From Perna viridis (Eukaryota): a stretch of DNA of 64,000 nucleotides. This document shows positions 1 through 12,660 of the stretch, one piece after another. The translations under genes were made by a program, and so were the position numbers. The stretch lies in the NCBI GenBank assembly GCA_037379345.1, contig CM074520.1, positions 6,696,001-6,760,000 on the forward strand. Direction: 5' to 3'. How positions within the stretch are numbered: the first letter of the stretch is position 1; each line of letters opens with the position of its first letter. The notes under the pieces were generated by a model. The model had not been told where the DNA came from. It saw only the letters and a program-made list of their open reading frames with translations, and made no database searches.

Positions 1-1532
1 TTTTCAATGTATCATAATACTACAAATAGAATCAAATTTTCAAATAGACTAAGTTCCACATTCAAATCAGAATGTGGTGTCAAACAAGGTGATGTTTTGA
101 GTCCTTTATTTTTAGATGATATTGTACAGGTATTAAAGTCAAATAATTGCAATCGTGTAAAAATTGGGGGTATATCAGTAAATTGTCTTTTATATGCTGA
201 TGACTTAGTTATATTATCTGAAAGTAAACAAGGTTTCCAAACTAGTTTAAATATTGTTCATGAATGTTGCTGTAATTGGAAATTATGTTAATATGTCGAA
301 ATCTAAAGTTATTGTATTTAATTCAAATGGTAGATATAAATGAGTTTACATACAATGATGATATCATTCAAACAGTACCAAAATATTGTTATCTTGGTGT
401 CATGTTACATTATAATGGTAAATTTAATTTAGCTATATCTTTGCTGATGGAAAAGGCTAGAAAAGCTTTATTCAAGATAAAAAAGTCAGTAGGGCTAGAT
501 CATTCATGTCATTTATTAGAAAAGCTGTTTGATACTTTAATTAGCCCCATTCTTTTGTACTGTAGTGAAGTCTGGGGTATAGATATTGATACATGTACTT
601 TTAATAACTCAGTTGTAGAAAAATTTCATTTAAAATTCATCAAGGAAATTCTTGGTGTACACTGCAAAGCTACAAGGGCTGCATGTCGTTCTGAACTTGG
701 ACGAATCCCACTTCACTCAAAAATTATGTTTTCCTGTGTCAAATTTTTAAATCATCTTCTTTCCTCAGAAAACACTTTGGCTTTTAAAATATTTCAAGCT
801 ACAGAAAACAATAACACTTGGACAAAGAAAATATATTCTATTATCAATAAACTTGGTTTTTCACACATAATCTATCAAAAATGTAGCTTTAAACCTATTT
901 TAACAAATATAAAACAACGAATAACCGATCAATTTATGCAAGAGCAACATTCCCAATCCAAAATTCAAATAAACTAACATTTTATCGAAATTTACACATT
1001 GGATACAAACGAGCAAGCTTTGGTGATATTTTACAAAAAAGATCAGAAAGATCCTCTCTTTGTAATATTAGAATCAGTAGCCATAATTTGGAAATAGAAA
1101 AAGGTCATCATCTATCAATTCCTGCAAACGAGAGATTATGTAAAGTTTGCAACTTTGGGGAGGTTGAAGATGAATTACATTTTTTGCTAAAATGTGAAAA
1201 ATGCCCCAGAGTTAGAAGTCAATTTATATCCAAATTATCAAATATTCTCAAAAAAGATATTGATCAATTAATTACTACACACTGAAACAATGTATACTCA
1301 GTGATTCGTATACTATACTAAAGATTATCACTAATTTTTTAGATATCATTTTTTTCTATCAGAAAAAAAAATATTTCATAACAAATATCTCTTCTCATAA
1401 CATTTGATTAATATTCTATTTACATATATACTGCTACTATATATGTTACACTTTTATGTATCAATTATATGGGCCTTTGCCAATTATTGTAATTGTGTTT
1501 GTGCCAATAAAGAATATTATTATTATTATTAT
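1..1532 (+). mobile_element. 3' part of a non-LTR retrotransposon (LINE, RTE-X-like), frameshifted, with 3' UTR and (ATT)n tail
   Basis: RT motifs GVKQGDVLSP and LLYADDLV (7-291). YCYLGV..ISPILLYCSEVWG..ELGRIPL follow in another frame (276-977). C-terminal Zn-finger-like ERLCKVC..EDELHFLLKC (1088-1285). Ends in AATAAA (~1506) plus ATT repeats to ~1532. Clade call is from recalled motif similarity. Confidence 0.88.
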
Positions 1533-4361
1533 AAAAAATGAATTTTCTTCAATACAGTGTGAAGTAAGTAGAAACGTTGATGTTCTCTGTGTATGTTATT
1601 TACTGTTCTTGCAAAATATAAATCTGTTTCTGTGAGATATTTCTCCTTTTGTAATTACCGAGTACATTTATACATGCCCAGGGTACCAATTGTGACTGAA
1701 AATCAGCATTTTTGGGAACTAAGATGTCTTTTTCATTAAAATAATGATAATTATTCAACATTTTGACCCTATTATGCCTTTGTGTAAACAAGAAATTTTG
1801 TGCAACTGGTTGTTTCAGTAAGCAGATTTTAAATTATCCCTTGTGTTAATGCTAAAAAAGGGGGGGTCCGAACTGCACTTTTGTAAATATGGGCCAAAAA
1901 AATTGAGATTTTGAAACAATTTGGTATTCATAGAATAGTTAAGGCAGTTGTCTTATCAATACAGACTACCTTTAATGTTTGAAAAGGTAATTAATTTTTT
2001 TTTTATCAAAACTTGTCTTTTTTGCAAAATTTGAGATATTTGACTTAATACTGTTAAAGGGTACCTATATGAAAATTGGAACAAAAATTCACAGGAAAGC
2101 AGGAGGACAGATATATTTTGTCTTTAAGTTGGAAATTGAACAAAGTTATAGAAAAGCAACAACATTTAAAGATATCTAAACGTTTTAGTAATAGGTATCA
2201 GTCTTGTATTACATATTCCTGAGCGGGTGTACGTCATAACATGGAGGCTGAAAATATAGTGCACTTCCTTTTTGCCTTTTCCTGTTTTTGTTTCTTGGCA
2301 AATGACTATCATTTTTCATCAAAAGTACAGGGTAAATATCAAGCTATGACACAAAAAAACTTGTTTTTGAGGAAAAAACAGTATTTTCATGAAAAATAAT
2401 GCTTCAGAAAAGGTGTCTATATTATGAGCTCAAAATAAAAGTGAAAGTAGAAAAGGACCATTTTAGTTTGACCAGTCCTGGTGTACCAAAGTTTGTGCCC
2501 TTTTTTTTCTAAAATGAACCTAAAAGTTATTTTTGACATTTCCTTATTGAAACATATGGTCAAAAGTTGAAACTCCTTGTCTATTTTTTTTTAAATCATG
2601 AAAATTTAAGGTATACTATAGAAGTCTTTGAGGCAAAGAATACAAGACTGGGACCTTTTGCTGCGTCTGTCATATTCAAATAAATACCGCCTAGGAACTT
2701 GAAATACCGTTATTTATCTAATAAACTAGATCGTCCCATTCCGGAATCGGACGGCCTGAAACGGAATAACGTGGAATCAAACTCCAAAGCAGCTCCAGTT
2801 CCGAACCGTTGACGTTCCTCCACTCTGGAATGGCAAAAGTAGTGCAGGCATGGGAGAGACCAATGCTCCGGAGTTTGACGTGGAATCTCGTGTCTTCCAA
2901 TTCAGGACGCGTCCCATTCCGGAATGGAAAAATTCCGATTTCGACCGTAACATAAGAATCATGTTGTCGCAATTGGCTAAAAGAAGGAAGTCCTGTCCTG
3001 GAAATATAAAAAATGAAATTCATAAAAACAATAATAAGAAAGAATTATACAATTGTCTACAGAATGATTATCAGGAATATCCTGTTATAAATGTATAAGT
3101 AAAACATCTGGTATCCTGCTGAAATAAATTTGTTCTTGCTGAATAAAATATTGCCTCTTAAACATATAAAGAATATACTAATGTTGAATATTTATTTCAT
3201 GAAAAAATATAACAGAAGATTTCTTTTTATTTCAAACAAATCATGAACAATTATTAAGACATGGTCATTACCAGTTTCTGTCCATTGACCTTACAAGTTG
3301 ATGTTCAGTCTGGTGGCGGGTTGCTGTTGTCTGTAAAGGGAATGACATTCAAGCAGGAAAAGTATCTTCTCAACGATTTCATGTTTTACATTTTAATTTT
3401 CATAAAATACTTAGTTTTTATTCCATTTGTTTTTTCTTTTGAAAATCTCAAAAAGTTGGAAAATTTAATCAATTTTAGCTTATTTTCGGAATAATATCCC
3501 TCAAAGTACCTGAACACCCTTGCGTATTAGGAATTCATAAAAAAGTCATTCAGTTTTGCATTTTGATGATTACCTCTTCTGATCTTTTCAACAACTTCAA
3601 CGTTAAAACATTACTTTAGATTAAATCAACTTCCATCTTACGGATTGATAGAGGTGGAAAAGGGTTTTTCTCGATAATGGTAAAAAATTTCATTCATTGG
3701 CAACCCAGGAAGAAAACGAAATTCAATACAGGTAGAATTTTGAAAACGATATACACAAAATTATAAATATTTATAATACCCAATCTATTAAAGAACAGTT
3801 AAGCATTTTCCGACAAACCGGAATCTGATTTATAACTAAACACCCATAGATGCTAACTGGTTTACAGTAATATTTAGATATAAATGTACCATTGAAAATC
3901 ATTAGTTAAAAAACTACGAATTAGTTCCTACTCCAAGAAAAATATTGCCGACAAAAAATGATAGGAATTTTAGATTATGCACTGGTTAAAATAAACTATG
4001 AAACGAAAACCATTTCAAGTTAATCTGCTAAAAATACAGATATAAGAAGATACTACGGGACATGACAAAACACTTAGAAGAGACAGGATTTTTGTTTTGT
4101 TTTGTTTTGTTTGTTTGTTTGTTTGTTTGTTTTTTGTTTCTGTTTGCTTTTTTCATGATACAAACGAATCAGGGGCAGAGAAACTGGCATTATTACAATT
4201 TTAATGGGAATAGAAAAACAAACAGAAAATATATGTTTTCTCGAGAGAAAAAAAAATATGGTCACGAACAGTAAGGGGCCTTCTATGTCCCAAGAGATGA
4301 TGGAAGCATCAAGATCACCAATGAAATAAAAAATAACTAACAACTGTCTATTTTTAAAACT

Positions 4362-5350
4362 CTATTGACTGCAAACGACACACGTTAGTTCTCTCCCCTT
4401 AACGTCTGGAGGACAACCAAGTGACCTGCAGCCATCAATCTCAACAGGGTAGACAACTCCTTCATTGTCTTCTCTATTCTTACGTGATGTTGATGACGTG
4501 GGGTACTCGTCTACACATACATATTCTGTGGCCTGGGCCACCAAGTATCCGGAGTACTCTTTGGTCCAACCGTTATGACATGTCATTTTTCCAGGAACCA
4601 TTAGGACCGCAGAATGTCCAGATGTTTTCCAGGAACCATTAGGACCGCAGAATGTCCAGATGTTTTGCATACAACACAAGACATATCTCTGTTAAGAACC
4701 CTGCGACCAAATGCCTGATTATTGTGTACTACATCGATTTCTACGCCGTATATTTTCGAAGTCAGTGAGTCAATGCCTGCTTTGTAGTTCTTCCATTCGG
4801 GGTTTTTAGGTAGACATAAAGTGTTAGCTCCGCTTCCCCACCCGCCGAAATGTTTTCCTGCCATAAATCCTGTTATAAATGTAACCGTTAAAACATCAAC
4901 AAATAAAAACACGGAAGATTGGAAATTTATTAATTTTTACAATGTAACTTTGCAATGAAAACGATACAAAATTATTAATTATTCGTAATTTAGCAGAGTT
5001 TGTCTTGAATGTTCCAGGAGCCGATCATTTTTATAGACTTAAATTGCTAGCTTACCGGCATAAACTAAACTTGAGTCGCTTACACACGTCTTTCTTCCCC
5101 AACGAGTATACGTTGTCCCACCAGCAAAGTGAAAGTAATGCATTTGCATGTTGATCATCGGATAAATCTGGAACTATTGGATCAAATAGTCTACCTTTTC
5201 CGGAACACATCTTGATGGACTGAAAGGTTTTCAGATTTGCCTGTATATTCTCAAGAACCTTTTCTATTGCTTATCGCAATCTGAACCAGCATCATAATCA
5301 CTAATAATTAGATAGATGATGACAACACAGAGTGGACACAGAGCATACAT
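4362..5350 (-). pseudogene. Short-chain collagen C4-like (C-terminal domain family) secreted protein pseudogene
   Basis: Signal-peptide-like start MYALCPLCVVIIYLII at 5350. An exon encoding AGGTTYTRWGRKTCVSDSSLVYAG ends at 5056, followed by a GT..AG phase-1 intron (5055-4870). The last exon encodes FMAGKHF..GANTLCLPKNPEW..YGVEI..CVVC..LMVPGKMTC..GWTKEYSGYL..YVCVD..YPVEI..GRELTCVVCSQ*. Disabled by a 38-bp duplication (4587-4662) and by a stop/frameshift in the 5' part. Confidence 0.85.
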
Positions 5351-5899
5351 GTTGTTTAGTCCAGATTGAAACAAATCAGTTATGGATATACAACTTTTTT
5401 TATTTAAAACTAATGGTTCTATTGCGTGCTTTGTGAAAACAATATGTACATTCTGTCATTTAAGGACGTTTTATAAAAATGAAATGGTAATTCACGTCAA
5501 GTTTTTTTTTAAATTTTGCTGATATGTTTTAAAATATAAACAGGTGAAACAACAACAAATGGTCCATTGACTGGGAGGATCAACCGTGCACCCCACCCAC
5601 TCATCAACTTTTTGATGAATTTTAGATACCTCCCATTTACAGATCAATTTGTCGGTAAAGAAAAAATCGTGTTCTTTTTTCAGTATAAGCCTACATATGT
5701 AGGAGTTATGGTATATCACACTTGAGGTAAATAATCATATATAGGTGTCATCATATAACCCCTTGTCTCATCTTTCTTATACCATCAAGAAAGTTGTTTT
5801 TCAGTTAAGTGCAAAATATGTATCCTTACCGCAACAAACATTTGCTTAAAAATAACATAATTTTCAATGTCAAAACCCACTATATAGTATTCATTCATC

Positions 5900-7850
5900 A
5901 ACAAATAGCGACTCATTTAGTATCACAATTACTACTTTTGGGTAACTTTTCGATGACTTGTAAATACTGGTGGTTGACATCCGGAAAAAATATTTTGAAG
6001 AACACTTTACGCCTTATAGAAAACATAAAAGCCGTATTTCCCGAATAAAAGACAAATTGAATGAACTGGCAAGGAATTTGGTTTTTTTTATTTTTATTTT
6101 GCTGATAAAGCTATTGTTATTTGACGCAAATTTTAAATTGATAATCTACAAAAAGGAATTACGAATTCACCTACATTCCAAGTGAATAAATTTCAGAAAG
6201 TAAAATTGTGGACCAACACAAACTCGTCTCTACCTTTTTACAAAAGGAGCCTAGTAGCATGAAAATTCCTACTGTGTAATGGCTTACCAAACTTCACAAA
6301 TTACCATATGAATAGATTTATTTTCTCTTCAAGTCATTGCTCAATCAGACGTTCTATTTTATTTACTAGTGCGCTCATACCATAAAAAATCTAATTATAA
6401 AATTTTATTACAAAGCTTATAAAAATAGTGGAATTTACTATTTGGGGGTGTTAAAAACTCGCTTGGGGTGCTTGATACATAACATGCCCATTAAACATAC
6501 AAGTTTTGTTTTTCTATACAATACAGTTCCACATAACTCATGAAACAAATATTCGAATATCTTATCAAATAATGATAATAATAATAATATATTATAAAAC
6601 TACGTTAATTGGACTTCTTTTGATATGCTTACAGCTCTCGAATTCCTGTTAGACAACATTTTCGTTCGCTTTGGCGATACCGTTTATCGTCAAGCTATTG
6701 GAATCTTCATGAGAACCAATTGTGAACCACTTATTACGGACTTCTTTCTGTTTTGTTACGAATTACAGTTAATGGATAGAATAAAGACCCTCCAAAAACA
6801 TTTGGTAAAAAAATGTAATAACACCTTCAGATTTTGCTATTAACAACGACAACTTCGATATTTATACTAAAGACTTATACCCTGCAGAACTTTATTTGAA
6901 TAAAAGTAAATATTGATAATTAAGAATATCCGTTCCTTGACTTTAATATCAATAATGTTAAACTTATTTCTGTTATTTTTCGGGTTCTAACGAAATAAAT
7001 CTATAAATAACCGAGAAATTACTACATTAATGTATTTGATATCACGAGCTCATAAAAACATTCACATTTTTTTTCAACCAATACAAGGAACTCATTCTCA
7101 AATGTACTCGTAAACGATTAATACGTGTGGTTATCCTCCATATTTTGACAAAGCACCAAAAGGTCAAACCAATAAGTTAACTTAACCATAAAATAGGCTA
7201 ATTCGTAAGGGATGTAGTATTGAAATTATTTTCAAATTAACATTGATTCGCTCATATGGTTTTTACATAGAAACTAACAAAGTATATAAAACAGTTTTCC
7301 GTTATGTCCTTATGACTTATGATATAATGTGGTTCTCAACCATGTGTGGGGAGATTTGGGATTAATATCACAGGCGTTGAGGGCATAACTTTTTGTACGG
7401 CTTAAACTGGTCTGGAGATGGTATATCAGATAACTGCTAGTAGTCCTTTGTTTGTGCATTTCAGTTTCTTAGTTTCTGTTTTAACAAAGGATTCCGATCT
7501 TTTTTATTTTTATGCGTGTTTAATTGTGTAATATGTTTTCCACATTGTCCAGATTTAAATAGGGGGACGGTTGTCATCACGCCAAAATACTTTTACTCGG
7601 CCAATTTTTTTGCGCCTGTCCCATGTCAGCAATTTCTGGTCTCTCTATGTTTTGTTTCGTTTTCACATTAAGTTTACTTTTATGTTACCAGAGTATATGG
7701 GGGCAGCTATTTCTCTGTGTTTAATAAGGTCAGCTGTAGCCTGCCTTGCGGTGTGAGGGTTTATAAAGACCCGTAGGTGGTCTTGAGCTAACATTTTTCA
7801 TCCCGATGGGTTGTTTCTTTGACAAACTCACCATATTCATTTTCGTTATA
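5900..7850 (+). mobile_element. Decayed Penelope-like retroelement (Naiad-type RT plus 3' UTR), copy A
   Basis: ADKA (~6101), KIPTV..PKLHKLPY (~6262-6310) and LEFLLDNIFVRFGDTVYRQAIGIFMRTNCEPLITDFFLFCYE (6625-6770), with many stops and frameshifts. Bases ~7000-7850 align in reverse with 11640-12600. Confidence 0.82.
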
Positions 7851-8486
7851 TTTTGTGTGATGCGGGTCAATTACATAGTACCTTAGCTTTCAAATGATCC
7901 AAAGTAATAAATATTTAACTATTCCATGTCCATTTAGACGAAAAATTGCCACTTTACCCTAAAAAGGATAACCACAATAAGAAGGGAAATGACATTTTTT
8001 ACCGTAAAAAAGACATTTAGGGTATGATCATGATTTTAGAAATTGATGTGTTCAACGTATCTGCTTATTTCAGGCGTCTCAGTTTTGAGGTGACAATGCT
8101 GTCCTTATCGTAATACGAGGATATTTCAGAATTTCCTATTTTCTTGTATTTCAGCTGTGATTGGCACCTTTTTTGCATTTCAAGAAAGCTTTTTATAAGA
8201 ATTGATGACAACGGTTGAAATATATGAAAATTTGAAATTCTAAAAATCCCTTCTTTACGATTAAATAATAATTAATAACTCCAAAACAAAATATTGAGCA
8301 GATATTATGTTGGATATATCGTAATCTTAATTCTCAATGCTCACAATATTTTTGTTGAAAAAACAATATTTCTTGGTTACTAGATTTAGAAAAAAAAGTG
8401 AAATATCTATCGAATTATAACAAATTTAAGACGTCTTCATCGAGCTATAACTTTGAGTCGAATTTATGCGACTTTTATATGGAAAA

Positions 8487-10020
8487 AGTAATCAAGGGAA
8501 CCAAAATTCTAGCGGAAATCAAAAGAATGTAATCCAGGGACAAAGACCAGACACGGAAAAAGAGAAATACACAACAAAGAACATTAAGTAACTAAAATCA
8601 TACATACAAAGTAACAAAAGCAAATGAGCAACTCAGACACCACTAAAAACTGGGAGCACGGACCAGGTGAACCGGTAGGGTAAGTGTCCTCTGCTTTTCT
8701 AGAAACACCCGAAGAGTTGCTCATAAAAAGTCAAGTCCGGGGTAGACAAACGAGGAAAGGAAAACTATGACCCGTTCAATAAATCAGTTTTCATGGTGCA
8801 GATGGATACACCATAACGGATACAGACATACACAACAGAGAACATAAAATGACCAAAATAATACATACAAAGTAACAAAAGTAAATGCGCAACTCGAACT
8901 CCACTAAAAACTGGGAGCATGGCCAGATGCACCGTTAGGATAAGCGTCCGCTGCTTTTCTTAACTTATCAGTTGTGATATGAAAACTCCATACGCAGGTG
9001 CAGAAGGGATATTGCCATAGATGAAAGTAAGTTGACAATACGGAATAAAAAGTCATCACGTTTGTCGTATAGTTTGGTCAATAGTTTTCCTTTACCATCG
9101 ATTTCTAAGTGTAGGTCAAGATATGAGGCTGACATCACAGTGTCTGTAGTATCCTTTACCTCAAATTCTTTGGGGTAGATGCAATGTATAAAATCCCCGA
9201 AACTAGGATTGTTTAACGATAATACGTCATATATGTAGCGGAAACTGAGATGAAAGGATCTAGCTAAACGATGTTCCTTCTTTTTGGATCAGATCAGCTA
9301 ACAAGTCAGCCTCACAAGAGTGAATGAATAGGTCAGCAAGTAGAGGAGAACAATTTGTTTCCATTGGAATGCCGACCGTTTGTTGAAAAAACGCGTCCAC
9401 CACACTGGACAAATAAGTTGTCGATGAAAAATCCAGCATTTTGTAAGATGATTTGGATTGATTGTTGGGATTTAACTACCGAGCAGCAGTATTTCAGCTA
9501 TATTCAGTCGATGAACATGAAATGATCATGATGAAATGAAAAAAAAGGAATGGGACACAAGGATAATAGGGTTGTTTTTACGAAGTATAAGGAATCTCTA
9601 CCAAGAACTATATAATTGTATCTAGGTGTATACCCGGTCTTGGAGTAACAACGATGTATTTGAGTCGGAATTTTAACTGAGTATGGGGAATAGAAGTATA
9701 AAGATTTGAAAAATCACAGATTTTAATGCTATCGTGTTCTGATAATAATCCTGAATTGAGGGTTTCCAAAAGATCTTTCGAATTTTTCAGGATCCACACT
9801 GAATTAATACCACTACGGGATTAACAAGTGTTGTGGTAGGACTGGAGATCCTCTTTGACAGCTGTGATTATATAAGTTAAAAGTTTTGGAAGAGGTTTGG
9901 TTGTACATTTTGCATATGCAGCTATATAGTGTTGTTTGTTGGATTCTTGTGGAGTTATATAGACGGTAGATCACAATCATGGTCTTTGGTAGAGAAACCA
10001 AAAGAGGATAAAAATAAAAA
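8487..10020 (-). mobile_element. Decayed Penelope-like retroelement (Naiad-type RT), copy B, with partly duplicated 3' end
   Basis: Minus-strand motifs LHKNP, WILKNSKDLLE, DFSNLYTSIPH, QQTVGIPMETNCSPLLADLF, FRYIYD, SYLDL, YDKRDDF and PSAPAYGVFISQLI lie in 8962-10020. A ~130-bp direct repeat occurs at 8570-8700 and 8831-8960. Confidence 0.88.
9448..9571. mobile_element. Short foreign insertion (SINE-tail-like) interrupting the RT of copy B
   Basis: RT homology stops on both sides of the segment. It begins gatttggattgattgttgggatttaac..cagtatttcagctatattcag, which resembles mollusc SINE 3' tails. Confidence 0.45.
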
Positions 10021-10574
10021 GTATTTGATGTTTGCCTCCACGAGTGGCCAAAAGTGCAAAAATGCTTCAGTTTATTTTTTGGCGACTAATAGACCCTTTT
10101 GTGGTAAGTTGGTGAGCATGCTCAATGTACACTTCCGCGAGGTAGGGCTTGGGTAGAACGAAAGAATTTTCTTCGCGGTGTATATTGAACATGCTCTACG
10201 CTCAATGCTCAAACTGGAACATTCTTGGTCATTGTGGAATTCCTTTTAAGATGATAAATAAATATTCATTTGTCAAGTCGTCAATTCAAAAACAAAACAG
10301 AATCATTCCCAGTATCAACCAGAGGAAGACCAGGATGGCCCCTGTTTCCTTTCATTATTTTGACTGTAAAAGTCTACAATGAGTCTACAGAAGACGCTTT
10401 CCACCTACGAAAAAGCGACCTTTATGGACTTTTTCGCATCTCAAAAGTAGTGTAAGATATGTTTTACCACGAAATGTGTACGGCTCATAAACAAAGAGAG
10501 AAATTTCCGGTGTCATTACTTCACTTCAAATACCTGAGGATCGTTATTTATTTGATTGTCAAGCACTCAAAGAT

Positions 10575-11072
10575 TTCCGTTCGTCCGCCCCCTGTTTTAA
10601 TCCGCAACTCCTCTGAAACCTCTGAATGGAATTTTATGAAACTTCCACAGATTCTTTATTACATGATGTCATTGTGCACTTTCTTCTTTGTATTTCCATA
10701 TGAATGATTTTTGGAGTTTCCTGATGCAAAATATTGACTTTATCATCATTTGTCGTTCTAATCCGCAACTCCTCTGAAACCGCTAAAAGAAATTTCAATG
10801 AAACTGTTACATATTCTCTATTACATAATAACATTGTTTACCTCCTATTTTTTTTTATCTGAACGATTGTTTTGTTTACTAGTGCAAAATATGGATATTC
10901 TCATTTGTCGACCAAGAGGGCACCCTCTCCTCTGAAATTGCCTTATGAAACTTTCACAGAATCTTTATTACATGATACCATTGTGCACCTCTTACTTTGA
11001 ATGCTTTTATTACTTATGGGGGTTATCCTATATGGGGAAGGAAGCGGGGGTGTTAGCCTTGCTCACAGTTTT
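10575..11072 (+). mobile_element. Helentron-associated non-autonomous element (HINE-like) with three ~160-bp core repeats
   Basis: The core (tccgcaac)tcctctgaaa..atgaaact....ttattacat recurs at ~10601, ~10761 and ~10927. A gttcgtccg microsatellite-like head precedes it and a GC-rich 3' end gcgggggtgttagccttgctcacagttt follows. Confidence 0.6.
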
Positions 11073-11639
11073 TCTATTTATTTTTTTTTCTTCAATTTTT
11101 TTTTTCATTTTTTTCCACATTTTGGGGCTCTCGCAATCGTTATTTTACGACTTTTACATTTTTATGAAAGTCGCTTTTATAAATGTTATGCAGTAAGGCT
11201 CGTCAGGTAATCACGGGTGCTTTTAAATATCAAATTTTATTTTTGCTGACTACAGGCGGGGTCAAGACAATGCTACATATATTTGTGTGTTATGAATATT
11301 TACATGAGGTACTATTGACGTAAGTCATATCTTTATAGTCACAGACAAGTCTAACACATTTTTGTTGATGAAATAAATGAGTCTACTACCCTAGGAAGCA
11401 AGTTACCCAGCCTATTAAAAGTGACACAAATCTGCAATATTAAGAAATAGTGCCTGGGTTGTCGAGGCAATATAAAAAATCAAAGGAATGAACCCAGGCT
11501 CTGTAAATAGGAAAAGCCTAAGGTTAAAGAATAGGTGGACTGAGAAATAAGCAATGGCGGATCATAACGGTCTTCTGTTGTCATTTTATACCTTTTTCAC
11601 CTTTTTTAAGAAAAAAAGGTAAAGTGATCAAAATAATTG

Positions 11640-12660
11640 TATATTAGACTAAATATCACGACAATAGGTATGGTGTATATGTCATGAGAAAACAACCCCA
11701 CCGGGATAAAAATGTAAGCCCAAGGCCACCCGTTTCTCTTCAATGAACGACGAGGAAATCCTCACACAACAGAGCAGGCTTCTAGCTAGCCCAAAAACAT
11801 CATTATACACATGTACAGCGAAAGACTTGCTCCTATCTACTCAAGTAACATAAAAAAATAACGGCAAAAACAAAACATGGCATACAGGGGCCAGAAACTC
11901 CTGACTTGGTACAGGCACAAAAAAAATGCGGCGAGGTTAAAGAACTTTAGCGTGATCACAAACCTCCCTGGTCACTGTGGAAAAAAATATTACACAGTTA
12001 AACACACCTAAAAATCAGTTCAATAAGGTCCGAGTTCCTTGTTACAACGGAATTAAAGAAACTGAATATAAATTACACATATGTACAAACTAAGGACTAC
12101 TAGCAGTTAATTGACGTGCCAGCTCCAAACCTACAAAAATTATTCCCCCATCGTATGTAGAATCAATCCCATTTCTTCTCTAACAGGGTAGAGAACCACA
12201 GTACATCACCATTCATACGATAAGGACGCAACCCATGTCATGCCAAAAACTGCTTTAAAATATAGTGTTTTAATTTCTATGTAAAGAACTCATGAGCGAA
12301 TCAATGTTTATACCAAAAAAAAAAATGCCATCCTTAACTATTTGACTACAATATCATAACTTTATCCCTTACGAATTAGCCTATAAATGTTGGGTGAGTA
12401 TCGAGCTTTCCGTGCTTTTTGTAGAATAATACCGTAAAACAAAGGGAAAGAGGTACCCGCACGTATTAATTCTTTTAAAGTACATTTGTATTTGAGAGTG
12501 AGTTCCTTGTGCTGGTTGAAAAGTTTTGTGAATGTAATTACGAGCTTGCGATATCGAAAACCTTGATGTAGTAATTTCTAGGTTATTTAAAGATTCCATT
12601 CATTAAAATCCGAAACAATCTTACGAATACGAGTAAACACCATATTAACAATACCCACGT
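11640..12660 (-). mobile_element. 5'-truncated Penelope-like element, copy C (same family as copy A, opposite orientation)
   Basis: The reverse complement encodes KLLHQGFRYRKL (RT C-terminus). It aligns with ~7005-7850, e.g. gcctgt(c/a)cca(t/a)gtcag and caaggaactca(t/c)tctcaaat. Confidence 0.75.

Noticed and set aside
3226-3332. Possible terminal exon on the minus strand (tttacag acceptor, short ORF, AATAAA)
   Set aside because: No recognisable peptide and no convincing upstream coding exon.
8624-8724. SECIS or hammerhead ribozyme in the Penelope-like 3' end
   Set aside because: No AUGA/GA quartet and no CUGANGA..GAAA core in this copy.
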